A stretch of 64,000 nt of DNA from sequence record MN850609.1; one strand, given 5' to 3'. The first letter of the stretch is position 1; each line of letters starts with the position of its first letter. The notes beneath the pieces are model-generated. The model saw only the letters and a program-made list of their open reading frames with translations, did no database searches and was not told where the DNA came from. A program made the translations under genes and the position numbers. Source of the DNA: Escherichia phage dhaeg. Of the stretch, positions 33,981 to 42,662 are shown one piece after another.

Positions 33981-34574
33981 ATGAACACTTTAAAGAAAAT
34001 CGTTGAATTCATCCGTTCTAAACTGGGTACCGCAATGACTCAGAACCTGTCAATCGAAGACCAGTATACTAAAGCTGCTTCTACCCTGATTGATAAAATT
34101 ACTGAACTCCAGACTGCTCATGTTAAGTCTGTGAATGAAGAAAAACGTATTCGCGAGTTAGCGAATGAAAAAGACCAACTCGCCGCTTCAAAAGAGCGTG
34201 AAATTCGTAAACTGATTAAAGAAGGCGCCGATGTCCAGGTGCATGCTAAACTTGGCCTCCTTTATCGTCGTACAGCTAATCAACTTCGTAAGAAAGCAGA
34301 CGATTATATCGAAATGCGTAATGAAATTAAACTGAAGGTCAAGGAACTTGATGACTCTCGTCAAGAACTGGCTGTTAAGCTCGAGTACATCCGTGAAACT
34401 CGTAATATGGCTGCCCTTGGTATTGCTACTGCCGATGATGTGGTTGAAATCGCTGCACTGACTAAGATTGATATTGAAGATACCCTGCTGCGTGTAGAAA
34501 CGTTTAAAGGCCCACAAGTTGGAATGGATACGACTTCAGCCGATATCGAAGACTACATTAATTCACTTAAGTAA
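33981..34574 (+). CDS. Coiled-coil protein, possibly PspA/IM30-like
   Basis: Start moved to MNTLKK (the track start at 33906 overlaps the promoter). About 197 aa and almost entirely helical/coiled coil, with a PspA-like charge pattern. Confidence 0.4.
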   Translation: MNTLKKIVEFIRSKLGTAMTQNLSIEDQYTKAASTLIDKITELQTAHVKSVNEEKRIRELANEKDQLAASKEREIRKLIKEGADVQVHAKLGLLYRRTANQLRKKADDYIEMRNEIKLKVKELDDSRQELAVKLEYIRETRNMAALGIATADDVVEIAALTKIDIEDTLLRVETFKGPQVGMDTTSADIEDYINSLK

Positions 34575-34581
34575 TATTACC

Positions 34582-34603
34582 GGGAGACTTCGGTCTCCCT
34601 ATT
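34582..34603 (+). terminator. Hairpin (weak terminator) repeating the 33066 stem-loop
   Basis: GGGAGAC-ttcg-GTCTCCC followed by TATTT. The core GGAGACTTCGGTCTCC is identical to the 33067 hairpin. Confidence 0.4.
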
Positions 34604-34622
34604 TGGAGGAGAGGAGAATATT

Positions 34623-35177
34623 ATGAGTTTATATGATAACCTTATATCAAATATTGATTGGTTTAAAAATAGTGGTCTTTCCCATGAAACCAATTCAGTT
34701 CTTTATAGAATTCGCCAAGACCTAGGCTATTCAAACGATTTCTTAAGCAGAACATCTAGCCGTGGCGATACTACCAAATTACCTTTTATTTTTGCTTTAG
34801 CTGAAGACCTTTCTTTTGAAGATGCTTTGGAAATTATTGACGTAAATCTGGCTATTCAACGAGTGGAATTCGCTGGACTACGTTATTCAGTATATTCTTT
34901 AAATGAGAGCAATGATTGCGTGCTTCTTAATATGGCAGACGATGATTACCATTTAGTATGCTATGTGGCTTTAGAAAATGGTGATGTATTTGGAATGGTC
35001 GACCGCCGCCCAACTTATACTGATATTAAAAATTATGATAAAGATGAGCTTCTTGATTTGGCGGCTGAGTACACATTAGAGAGTCGTAAACGGAAACGTA
35101 AGCTTAATCGTTTTATTGCTGAATGTCGTGAATATGCTAAAGGGGTTCAAAATGCGAACGTTATATCTGCCAAGTAA
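34623..35177 (+). CDS. Hypothetical protein
   Basis: 184 aa ORF with RBS GGAGGAGAGGAG. The hairpin at 34582-34599 precedes it. Confidence 0.45.
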   Translation: MSLYDNLISNIDWFKNSGLSHETNSVLYRIRQDLGYSNDFLSRTSSRGDTTKLPFIFALAEDLSFEDALEIIDVNLAIQRVEFAGLRYSVYSLNESNDCVLLNMADDDYHLVCYVALENGDVFGMVDRRPTYTDIKNYDKDELLDLAAEYTLESRKRKRKLNRFIAECREYAKGVQNANVISAK

Positions 35178-35511
35178 ACCAGAAAAATTTGTATACGCAG
35201 ACAAGATTGATAAAGACCTTATGCCTCCATTTGGGGCTCTGTCCATGTGCATCGTTGGAATTATAATGATGGTTGTTTGTGGAGATATGAATATCATCAG
35301 TGTTGGAGTCGCCTGGACGCTAGTAATTACAGCTCCTTTTATTACAGTCCTGTGTATGGTATTGATAAATGTGTGGCATCAAAATCATATGAATAAAGGA
35401 TATCGTGGGCGAGTTAAAGAGTGGGAACAAAAATGTGTTTCCCTACAAGAAGAGCACAAAATTAAATGTGCCGAAGAATTTATTAAGGAGGTTCGTAATG
35501 GAACGGCCTAA
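35152..35511 (+). CDS. Membrane protein, paralogue family with C-terminal FIKE motif
   Basis: 119 aa from MRTLYL. Two predicted TM helices. C-terminus ..EEFIKEVRNGTA. Confidence 0.5.
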   Translation: MRTLYLPSKPEKFVYADKIDKDLMPPFGALSMCIVGIIMMVVCGDMNIISVGVAWTLVITAPFITVLCMVLINVWHQNHMNKGYRGRVKEWEQKCVSLQEEHKIKCAEEFIKEVRNGTA

Positions 35512-35851
35512 TCTTGCATCACATGTTTATCAATTGGCTGAATATGATATTGGTGCCAATTTATTATTAGGGATTGCCACCGGTATGCTTGGCGGCTTGG
35601 TTGGTCTGGTAATGACCACGGTTATGGCTGCAATCGAGGGAGTCATGCCCATTGAGATGGGTTTCTATATGATAATCGCTCCGGCTGTCGTGGCTTATTT
35701 TATCCCTCTAGTGTATGATATTTGCCATACAAATGCTTTGAATGCTCCCATCCGTAAGAGATATGCTTTAGAGATGGCTAATTATAATGAGTATGTAAAA
35801 CAAACCAAACGTAATGACCTTGAAACCTTTATTAAGGAATGTAAATCATGA
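35498..35851 (+). CDS. Membrane protein, paralogue family with C-terminal FIKEC motif
   Basis: 117 aa from MERPNL with RBS AAGGAGG. Multiple TM helices. C-terminus ..ETFIKECKS. Confidence 0.5.
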   Translation: MERPNLASHVYQLAEYDIGANLLLGIATGMLGGLVGLVMTTVMAAIEGVMPIEMGFYMIIAPAVVAYFIPLVYDICHTNALNAPIRKRYALEMANYNEYVKQTKRNDLETFIKECKS

Positions 35852-36138
35852 ATAAAATTGAAATTGAAATCCCTGAATACAACGACGAGAAATCTGCAGA
35901 AAAAGCTATCTATGCTCTTCTGAATAAAGTAGATATCATCGAATCCAAATGTGAAGCTATTGCCGATAAGTACGGTATTCAATTCGGAACAGGTGATTAT
36001 GGCTCAGGACGTACATACTATCCGGTCGGTTATGAATGCTCCCAGTGGTTTAAAGATGAAATTGAAAACAATGGCGGTGAAGTTGAAAATGGCGTCGTTA
36101 CAGTTGGTGCCTGGGTCTCCTCTTCGGCAATGTGCTAA
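35848..36138 (+). CDS. Small protein, member 1 of the tandem W-x-S-S-S-x-x-C tail family
   Basis: 96 aa. C-terminus GAWVSSSAMC. Confidence 0.5.
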   Translation: MNKIEIEIPEYNDEKSAEKAIYALLNKVDIIESKCEAIADKYGIQFGTGDYGSGRTYYPVGYECSQWFKDEIENNGGEVENGVVTVGAWVSSSAMC

Positions 36139-36147
36139 GGAAAAGCT

Positions 36148-36429
36148 ATGATGAATGATAATCATAACCATCCAGAGCTTCTGGCCGCAGTAAAAGAAAT
36201 TCATGAAGCTATTCGTCGTGCCGAGGAAATTGCAGATAAATATGAGACTCATTTTAATATATACCCTGCTCGCGGTATGGGCGGTGACTATTATTCTCCT
36301 GGCGCCTTGAAAGCTGACCTTGCCCATTGGGAAGAAGATGGTCATCCTGAATGGGCTATTGTTAATACTCATGACTATACAACTGACCTCGCAACTGGCG
36401 GTTGGGTGTCCTCTTCTTCTGAATGTTAA
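36148..36429 (+). CDS. Small protein, member 2 of the tandem family
   Basis: 93 aa. C-terminus GGWVSSSSEC. Shares the ADKY(G/E) helix with member 1. Confidence 0.5.
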   Translation: MMNDNHNHPELLAAVKEIHEAIRRAEEIADKYETHFNIYPARGMGGDYYSPGALKADLAHWEEDGHPEWAIVNTHDYTTDLATGGWVSSSSEC

Positions 36430-36438
36430 GGAAATATT

Positions 36439-36636
36439 ATGTCTCGTGAATTAGATTGTGCAATCCGAACTGCCGCGGCGGCAATTGAAAACGTTATTCA
36501 AATTTGTAAAGAAGAACGCGAAGAAGCTGATATCTATATTGATGGTGCTCGTGACTTAGAACGACATATAACGCTTTATAACGGTTGTATTACTATTAGT
36601 GGTACCTCTTGGGTGTCCTCTTCTTACGAATGCTAA
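36439..36636 (+). CDS. Small protein, member 3 of the tandem family
   Basis: 65 aa. C-terminus TSWVSSSYEC. Confidence 0.5.
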   Translation: MSRELDCAIRTAAAAIENVIQICKEEREEADIYIDGARDLERHITLYNGCITISGTSWVSSSYEC

Positions 36637-36645
36637 GGTAATAAA

Positions 36646-36858
36646 ATGACTATTGATGAAATTGAAAAACAAATCCGTGAATTAGTACGTAAAGGCCAGT
36701 CCGTGGCTGATGAAACAGGTGAAGAATTTTATGTTTCTGGACGCGGTCAATACATTTCTCCAAAGAATCCAGAATATGATGATTACGAATGGGTCCGTGA
36801 TGACTACGGTATCCCAGAAGGTGAAGGTTTCTGGTTTAGCTCCTCTATGTCTTGCTAA
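36646..36858 (+). CDS. Small protein, member 4 of the tandem family
   Basis: 70 aa. C-terminus GFWFSSSMSC. Confidence 0.5.
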   Translation: MTIDEIEKQIRELVRKGQSVADETGEEFYVSGRGQYISPKNPEYDDYEWVRDDYGIPEGEGFWFSSSMSC

Positions 36859-36868
36859 GGAATAAAAA

Positions 36869-37093
36869 ATGTCTAATATTAATGAATTGGAAAAAGCAGC
36901 TCTTGAACTGGCTGCGCTGTATAAGAAAGTAAAAGATATGGCTTCTGCCCAGGATTTTGGTGTTGAGCTAGATGATTACGACGGTGAAGTTCGTCTTGAA
37001 GATTGGCTGAATAGCTCTTGTTATGGTGAAGAAGCTGGTCGTACCTTCGTTGCTCGCTCCGATGGTAAAATCTGGTACCCGAGCTCATGCTAA
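36869..37093 (+). CDS. Small protein, member 5 of the tandem family
   Basis: 74 aa. C-terminus KIWYPSSC. Confidence 0.5.
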   Translation: MSNINELEKAALELAALYKKVKDMASAQDFGVELDDYDGEVRLEDWLNSSCYGEEAGRTFVARSDGKIWYPSSC

Positions 37094-37314
37094 AATTAAA
37101 GAAAAGATACATTCGTAAAATAAATGGTCTTCGCGATTATGCCAAAGGTTGGCCGTTAAGTATTATTATGGCTGATAGACACCCACGTTATAATACCGAG
37201 TTGACCTATTATAAAAAGTATGATTCATATTGTCGGTCTAAAGCCGGTCGTTTAGATGGTTCTTATGAAGAATACTTTGGTAAAAAACCTACTCGTATTT
37301 CGTTAGGAAAATAA
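37087..37314 (+). CDS. Small basic protein
   Basis: 75 aa and Arg/Lys-rich. Overlap-coupled to the upstream gene. Confidence 0.4.
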   Translation: MLKLKKRYIRKINGLRDYAKGWPLSIIMADRHPRYNTELTYYKKYDSYCRSKAGRLDGSYEEYFGKKPTRISLGK

Positions 37315-37344
37315 TTTAGCCACACGGATGTGGTAGGAGGACTT

Positions 37345-37674
37345 ATGCACAAAGATTCAGTATTCAAATATCTTTTGAAAACAGATAAAGAATTCTATAT
37401 GAATGGGCAAGCTTTCTTGTTCGTCCGTGGTAAACGTGAGATGTTTTATAAATGCGACCTCTCAATGCACCATCATATGTATCATACCCACGGCGAGCCT
37501 ATACTAGGGTTCTCTGGTGACGAGACTAGACACATAGCTATGTACTATGACCATTTTAAGCTCAATGATTGTGGTGACAACGCTTTGGTCTGGAACCCAT
37601 CTTGGAGACGTTGGGATACAGTAGACAGCGATAAATTATTTTTAGAATATTGCAGAAGTGATGTACAACTCTAA
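37345..37674 (+). CDS. His-rich hypothetical protein
   Basis: About 109 aa from MHKDS with RBS GGAGGA. Contains HHHMYHTHGEP. Confidence 0.45.
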   Translation: MHKDSVFKYLLKTDKEFYMNGQAFLFVRGKREMFYKCDLSMHHHMYHTHGEPILGFSGDETRHIAMYYDHFKLNDCGDNALVWNPSWRRWDTVDSDKLFLEYCRSDVQL

Positions 37675-37718
37675 AAACTTGTGTTACTATTACCTTACAC
37701 AAACATGAGGGGAACATT

Positions 37719-37958
37719 ATGTGGTATTATTCTCCACTGTCTGATAAGTCTGATGAGCCGGTACGCATTAGTCGTGCCAAGTTTAAAAAGATTTATGGCT
37801 TTGCCTATAAGAAGTCTGATTACGGTGTTCGTTTTGAAGATGCCCACTGTATCAACGACCCTTATGCAGAAGAAATCTCTAATGAGATAATTCCTATCAT
37901 TAAGAATAATTCTGATGATATGTGGGAATTGCATAACGATTACGTTGCTGAAATTTAA
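37719..37958 (+). CDS. Hypothetical protein
   Basis: 79 aa with an RBS GAGGGGAA upstream. Confidence 0.45.
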   Translation: MWYYSPLSDKSDEPVRISRAKFKKIYGFAYKKSDYGVRFEDAHCINDPYAEEISNEIIPIIKNNSDDMWELHNDYVAEI

Positions 37959-37980
37959 GTTTACTCTGAGGAAAATATTA

Positions 37981-38148
37981 TGTATAATGTTCTTATTGTT
38001 TTTGTTACTCACCCACAAGGTGGCGTAAGGCAGAATACTTCCCAAGTGGTCCAATTTTCTTCACTAGAGGCTGCTAATCTAGCCGCAACGCGTATTGAAG
38101 CAAAAAAATCTGAACTGGGTAAATATGAAGTAACTCGTCTTTATTAAT
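37981..38148 (+). CDS. Small hypothetical protein
   Basis: 55 aa ORF (MYNVLIVFVTHPQGG...), below the ORF-track length cutoff. RBS GAGGAAAATATTATG identical to the next gene's. Confidence 0.35.
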
Positions 38149-38160
38149 GAGGAAAATATT

Positions 38161-39120
38161 ATGATGCTAGTTATTGGTTCTCGTGCACTGCACCACGCTG
38201 GTCTGATTGAAAGTAAGTATATCGAAAATTCTGATTGGGATTTTATTGCCGACCAGGGGTCATGGAATAATTTTAAAGCACAGATGTTTGGCGCCCATGT
38301 ACACGTAGACAACCCTGACGTCCAGGCTTTTAAATGCATGCACAACGGTAAAGAAACCTATTTTGAAGCTTATATCGTCCGCGCCTTGACTAACGTACGT
38401 GAAATTACCGGCGAACTCCAAGATGAGGATTTCACCTCAAGCTACCGCCTTCTGAATTATGCTAAAACACATATTAAGAAAGATCGGATGACGGGTTTCT
38501 ATTGGGCCACGCCTGATATCTGTCTGGCCATCAAAATGAGCCATCGTTATTTGAAGAACAACCCTTTCTTTTTGAAGACGATGTCCCACATCAAATACCT
38601 TCGTAATAAAGGTGTAACCTTGAATGAAGAGCTCCAAGAAATCATGCTGCAACGTCAGAAAGAAACGTTGAGCTATTCTCATCCTAAATTAGATGTAAAC
38701 AAATCATCGTTCTTTAATGATACCATCTATACATTAGACCACGACTCTATTCATGAAGCTGTGGCATTAGCCGGACGCCCAGCGTATACCTTTTATATGA
38801 AAGATGGTTCTGAAGTCATGACCTCTCGTGAGAAGTTTGAAGCTTTGCCTGAAGCTATTAAACTGGCAGGGGTTTATGAAGAAGCATGTGTACTTGCTCT
38901 AGAGCGTTCGCAGGTTCCTAATGACTTTAATATCCCAGCAGCCACAAGTTTCTATATGGCTCTTGAGAAAGTGTGCACCTCAATCACTTCAGGTTGGTTC
39001 CGTGAGTATGCCTGGGAAAACTACCAAGCTGTAGTGAATATGTATAGGACCCTAGGTGAAAGTGACTACATCAACCGGTTTAAGCGTAATCAACATTTAA
39101 TTCGTCCTTTCGAAAAATAA
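38161..39120 (+). CDS. Hypothetical protein (319 aa)
   Basis: Long clean ORF with RBS GAGGAAAATATTATG. No motif recognised. Confidence 0.5.
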   Translation: MMLVIGSRALHHAGLIESKYIENSDWDFIADQGSWNNFKAQMFGAHVHVDNPDVQAFKCMHNGKETYFEAYIVRALTNVREITGELQDEDFTSSYRLLNYAKTHIKKDRMTGFYWATPDICLAIKMSHRYLKNNPFFLKTMSHIKYLRNKGVTLNEELQEIMLQRQKETLSYSHPKLDVNKSSFFNDTIYTLDHDSIHEAVALAGRPAYTFYMKDGSEVMTSREKFEALPEAIKLAGVYEEACVLALERSQVPNDFNIPAATSFYMALEKVCTSITSGWFREYAWENYQAVVNMYRTLGESDYINRFKRNQHLIRPFEK

Positions 39121-39133
39121 TTGCATAAAACAG

Positions 39134-39172
39134 TGTACAAGGTCTATAGGTGTGATACTATAGACCTATCAA
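39134..39172 (+). promoter_or_regulatory. Early promoter cassette with 9-bp inverted repeat around the -10
   Basis: -35 GTGTAC; -10 TACTAT followed by AGACCTATCAA. Inverted repeat GGTCTATAG/CTATAGACC. Confidence 0.5.
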
Positions 39173-39198
39173 AACAACAGAGTGAAATGGAGAATAAA

Positions 39199-39411
39199 AT
39201 GAAACTTTCTAACCAAGCAATCAACATGTTAAACGAAGTTCGTGCAGCTGGTGCTAAATGTCTGATGGTTAACACTCGTGACGGTGACCTTCGTCAAGCA
39301 TTTGGTGAATTGAAATCTGCTGACCTGGTTAAATGTTCGGTTGGTATCGGTAATGCACTTCGTGTATCCTTATCCCCTAAAGGTAAAATGTACTTTTTCA
39401 ACAAAAAGTAA
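39199..39411 (+). CDS. Small hypothetical protein
   Basis: 70 aa from GGAGAATAAAATGAAA (ORF track 39121 includes the promoter). Early cassette upstream. Confidence 0.45.
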   Translation: MKLSNQAINMLNEVRAAGAKCLMVNTRDGDLRQAFGELKSADLVKCSVGIGNALRVSLSPKGKMYFFNKK

Positions 39412-39424
39412 TATACATTCTCGT

Positions 39425-39452
39425 AAGATATGTTATTATAGACCTATCAAAA
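39425..39452 (+). promoter_or_regulatory. Early promoter cassette (weak -35)
   Basis: -10 TATTAT followed by AGACCTATCAAAACAA. Downstream GAGTGAATTGGAGAATAAAATG copies the 39160-39200 leader. Confidence 0.4.
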
Positions 39453-39476
39453 CAAATGAGTGAATTGGAGAATAAA

Positions 39477-39707
39477 ATGAAAGCCATCATGAGTGTTTTA
39501 GCCCTGAGCTTGGTTGCTTTAGCTGCAGTTCCTTTTATTGTTGATGTTGGAGACGAAACACAAGTTGAATCCTCAATCGTTGTCAGTAAAGATGGTACAT
39601 CGGTTAAGATCGGTAATAATCTCCATATGAATCCTAATGGTACTTTAGGTGTTCAGCTCGGTAACACATGTGTAAGCACAACTGGTAAAGTTAATACTTG
39701 CTTCTGA
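39477..39707 (+). CDS. Small secreted/membrane-anchored protein
   Basis: 76 aa from GGAGAATAAAATGAAA. N-terminal signal/TM segment MKAIMSVLALSLVALAAVPF. Confidence 0.45.
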   Translation: MKAIMSVLALSLVALAAVPFIVDVGDETQVESSIVVSKDGTSVKIGNNLHMNPNGTLGVQLGNTCVSTTGKVNTCF

Positions 39708-39717
39708 GGAAAATATT

Positions 39718-40404
39718 ATGAACAGCCCAAAAACTTTTAATTCTCAAGCTCGTGCAGTAGGCGGTTTCGCTGGTAAAATTTCTAACGATAAAATCAAAAA
39801 CGAAACTATGTTCTTCAACAGCTCATTGGCTTTCGCTTTTGATAATGGTGGCCCTATTACTCGTAGCTTTATAATGAGTCTGCCGGATGATTGGAACACC
39901 GACCAGGTTGTATTTGATTCTCGGGTTCATATGCTGATGCCTGGTTGGTATCCTGCTATCCCAGGTTATCACCATGATGATGTACCACGCCCGGATATTC
40001 CGGTTGGTCAACACTTTATTACTGCAGGGCAACCTGATTATGATAACCCTCGATACCATTCTGAACATATTCTTGGTCTTGTTAACGCTGATGTGTGTCC
40101 TACTTATTTTGCAACCGGAACTGCACAATTTAGCCAGATTCCTGATGGCGAACTTATCTATCGCCAGTGGCATAAAGAAGTTCTGGAAAAAATTGAGTCT
40201 AATGAATTAACCAAGTGGGATGCTCCTGACCGTACATTGCTCCAGTTTGATTGGCAGACATGGCATACAGGTTCCCGTGCAGTAAGTAACGGATGGCGCT
40301 GGTTTGGTCGTGTGTCTCGTAATACCGACCGTGTTAAAAAGATTACAAATGAAATCCGCGTTAATGCTCAAGTATATCTGGAATTCCCTATGGAGGGCTG
40401 GTAA
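39718..40404 (+). CDS. Hypothetical protein, possible 2OG-Fe(II) oxygenase fold
   Basis: 228 aa. HHDD (HxD) motif, a distal His (WHTGS), then R-V-S fourteen residues later, consistent with the HxD...H...RxS triad arrangement. Confidence 0.4.
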   Translation: MNSPKTFNSQARAVGGFAGKISNDKIKNETMFFNSSLAFAFDNGGPITRSFIMSLPDDWNTDQVVFDSRVHMLMPGWYPAIPGYHHDDVPRPDIPVGQHFITAGQPDYDNPRYHSEHILGLVNADVCPTYFATGTAQFSQIPDGELIYRQWHKEVLEKIESNELTKWDAPDRTLLQFDWQTWHTGSRAVSNGWRWFGRVSRNTDRVKKITNEIRVNAQVYLEFPMEGW

Positions 40405-40991
40405 TGGCCCTTTATGAACCTGGTTGCATGGGTGTTGATGTAAACTTCATCCGTCGGTCTGAAAATGCCGGAATCATTATCCCAAATGGTGAGAATATGA
40501 TTATTAAAAAGTCCTGGCGAAATATTGATGATGCTGATGAAGGAATTTCAGCCAGTACAGTAGATTGGTCAGGATGTACTGCTGAAATGAAACAACTTTT
40601 AATTGAGGAATATAAAATGGGCTATATCGTAAATGGTTGGCAACCGGAACCCCATAAAGAACAGACGCCAGACCCATTGATTTGTTATAGCAAAAAATAC
40701 GGCTTCCGTACATGGAGTGATGAATACGACAAATTGGTGAGTTCTAGGTTCTATGTTTGGATGGGGATATTATTTTTCCCACTCCTAGGGTTTTTCCTGA
40801 CAACGGATAATGACCTGCCTATTACGCTATTTGCTTCAGCGATGTCTGCGGCTATCTTAGGACTTATCGCATCATTTTTATGGACTGCAGTTATTGAAGT
40901 ACCTTTTCGTATTTCTAAAGTTAAAAAGGTATATGACGATATCACTAAGAAAAATACATTAAACTCTTTTATTGAGGAATGCCGTAAATGA
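40404..40991 (+). CDS. Membrane protein, third member of the FI(K/E)EC C-tail family
   Basis: 195 aa. C-terminal TM helices. C-terminus ..NSFIEECRK. Confidence 0.5.
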   Translation: MALYEPGCMGVDVNFIRRSENAGIIIPNGENMIIKKSWRNIDDADEGISASTVDWSGCTAEMKQLLIEEYKMGYIVNGWQPEPHKEQTPDPLICYSKKYGFRTWSDEYDKLVSSRFYVWMGILFFPLLGFFLTTDNDLPITLFASAMSAAILGLIASFLWTAVIEVPFRISKVKKVYDDITKKNTLNSFIEECRK

Positions 40992-41224
40992 GTATTGCGA
41001 TTTATATTAAATCTGAGTCATGCGATTCTTATCTGTATTCCTATGACACTGGAACATCAGAAGAGAAAATCAAAGAAGATTTAGAAAGCGACTTGGATAT
41101 GTTCCGACCTATTTCTGATTATATGGTCCAAATATCTGATAGTGAAAGTCCGTCATTAGAAAATAGACTTGAAATTTTAATGAGCGACATTTTTAACCAA
41201 TCATGGAAACGAGACGATGAGTAA
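40988..41224 (+). CDS. Small acidic hypothetical protein
   Basis: 78 aa. Overlap-coupled on both sides. Confidence 0.4.
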   Translation: MSIAIYIKSESCDSYLYSYDTGTSEEKIKEDLESDLDMFRPISDYMVQISDSESPSLENRLEILMSDIFNQSWKRDDE

Positions 41225-41666
41225 AAAAGTTAAAGAACTATCCGCCGGTATTTTGTTTATGACCGCCGATAAAGAATTGGTTATGGGTCGTGTAACAGGT
41301 TCTCGTAATCCAGAGAATATGCGTCATAAATGGGACATCCCTAAAGGTCATGTCGAACCGGGTGAAGAGCCTATTCAAGCAGCAATGCGTGAAACTGAAG
41401 AAGAGATTGGATTCACTGCATACGATCCTGCGTTCCTGAAAGACCTAGGTGAGTTCAAATATTCTAGCAATAAGAATCTACACCTGTTCTTATATACTGT
41501 GCCTGTCGAACACGAGCAGTTCAAGAATTGCAAATGTACAGCTTACCACACGTTCCCTGATGGTCGTACGATTCCTGAATTTGATGCCTTCGCCTTGATT
41601 AAACGCCCGCAATGGGAATACGTCATGGGCCCGTCGATGTTTAAGGTTTTAGATTCGCTCTTTTGA
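41217..41666 (+). CDS. nudE: Nudix hydrolase NudE
   Basis: 149 aa. Nudix box GHVEPGEEPIQAAMRETEEEIGF. Adjacent to e as T4 e.1/nudE is. Confidence 0.85.
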   Translation: MSKKVKELSAGILFMTADKELVMGRVTGSRNPENMRHKWDIPKGHVEPGEEPIQAAMRETEEEIGFTAYDPAFLKDLGEFKYSSNKNLHLFLYTVPVEHEQFKNCKCTAYHTFPDGRTIPEFDAFALIKRPQWEYVMGPSMFKVLDSLF

Positions 41667-41674
41667 TATAAATA
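41667..41674 (+). promoter_or_regulatory. Late promoter for the lysozyme gene e
   Basis: TATAAATA 22 nt upstream of the ATG. Followed by inverted repeat ACCTCCT/AGGAGGT spanning the RBS. Confidence 0.6.
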
Positions 41675-41696
41675 CCTCCTATAATCAGGAGGTATT

Positions 41697-42185
41697 ATGG
41701 ATATTTTTGATATGTTACGTCAAGACGAAGGTCTTGATTTAAATCTTTATAAAGACACCGAAGGTTATTGGACTATTGGTATAGGCCAATTGATTACTAA
41801 GAACCCATCTAAAGATGTTGCTCGCGCTGAACTTGATAAGCTTATGGGTCGAGTTTGTAATGGTCGTATTACTATGGCTGAAGCCGAACAACTCTTTAAT
41901 CGTTCAGTAGAAAATGCCCGTAGAGCTATAACGCGCAATCCTAAATTGAAACCGGTTTATGATGTGCTAGACGAAGTTCGTCGTTGCGCATTGATTAATA
42001 TGGTCTTCCAAATGGGTGAAGCTGGTGTAGCGGGATTTACCAACTCTCTGCGTATGCTCCAACAAAAACGTTGGGATGACGCCGCAGTTAACCTGGCGCA
42101 GTCTCGTTGGTACAAGCAAACCCCTAATCGTGCCAAGCGTGTTATCGCCACCTTTAAAACAGGTACTTGGGCCGCTTATAGATAA
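41697..42185 (+). CDS. e: Endolysin (T4 lysozyme)
   Basis: 162 aa. [32 protein letters not shown].. is near-identical to T4 lysozyme. Late promoter TATAAATA at 41667-41674. Confidence 0.95.
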   Translation: MDIFDMLRQDEGLDLNLYKDTEGYWTIGIGQLITKNPSKDVARAELDKLMGRVCNGRITMAEAEQLFNRSVENARRAITRNPKLKPVYDVLDEVRRCALINMVFQMGEAGVAGFTNSLRMLQQKRWDDAAVNLAQSRWYKQTPNRAKRVIATFKTGTWAAYR

Positions 42186-42190
42186 AAGCA

Positions 42191-42230
42191 GTTTACATCT
42201 CCGGTAGGCATGATACTATAGACCTATCAA
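42191..42230 (+). promoter_or_regulatory. Early promoter cassette for denV
   Basis: GTTTAC-17-TACTAT-AGACCTATCAA. Inverted repeat ATCTCCGGTAG/CTACAGGAGAT pairs the spacer with the Shine-Dalgarno region. Confidence 0.6.
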
Positions 42231-42245
42231 CTACAGGAGATTAAA

Positions 42246-42662
42246 ATGACTCGTATCAACCTTACCTTAGTATCTGAATTGGCTGACCAACACTTAATGG
42301 CTGAATATCGTGAATTGCCACGTGTTTTCGGTGCAGTTCGAAAGCATGTTGCTAACGGTAAACGTGTTCGTGATTTTAAAATCAGCCCTACTTTTATCCT
42401 TGGTACAGGCCATGTCACATTCTTTTATGATAAGCTTGAATTTTTACGTAAGCGTCAAATCGAGCTTATAGCCGAATGTTTAAAACGTGGCTTTAATATC
42501 AAGGATACTACGGTCCAGGACATTAGTGATATTCCTCAGGAATTCCGTGGTGATTATGTTCTTCACGAAGCTTCTATCGCTATTTCACAAGCCCGTTTGG
42601 ATGAAAAAATTGCACAACGTCCTACCTGGTACAAACATTATGGTAAGGCGATTTATGCATAA
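42246..42662 (+). CDS. denV: Endonuclease V (pyrimidine-dimer DNA glycosylase)
   Basis: 138 aa. Essentially identical to T4 DenV ([28 protein letters not shown]...). Confidence 0.95.
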   Translation: MTRINLTLVSELADQHLMAEYRELPRVFGAVRKHVANGKRVRDFKISPTFILGTGHVTFFYDKLEFLRKRQIELIAECLKRGFNIKDTTVQDISDIPQEFRGDYVLHEASIAISQARLDEKIAQRPTWYKHYGKAIYA

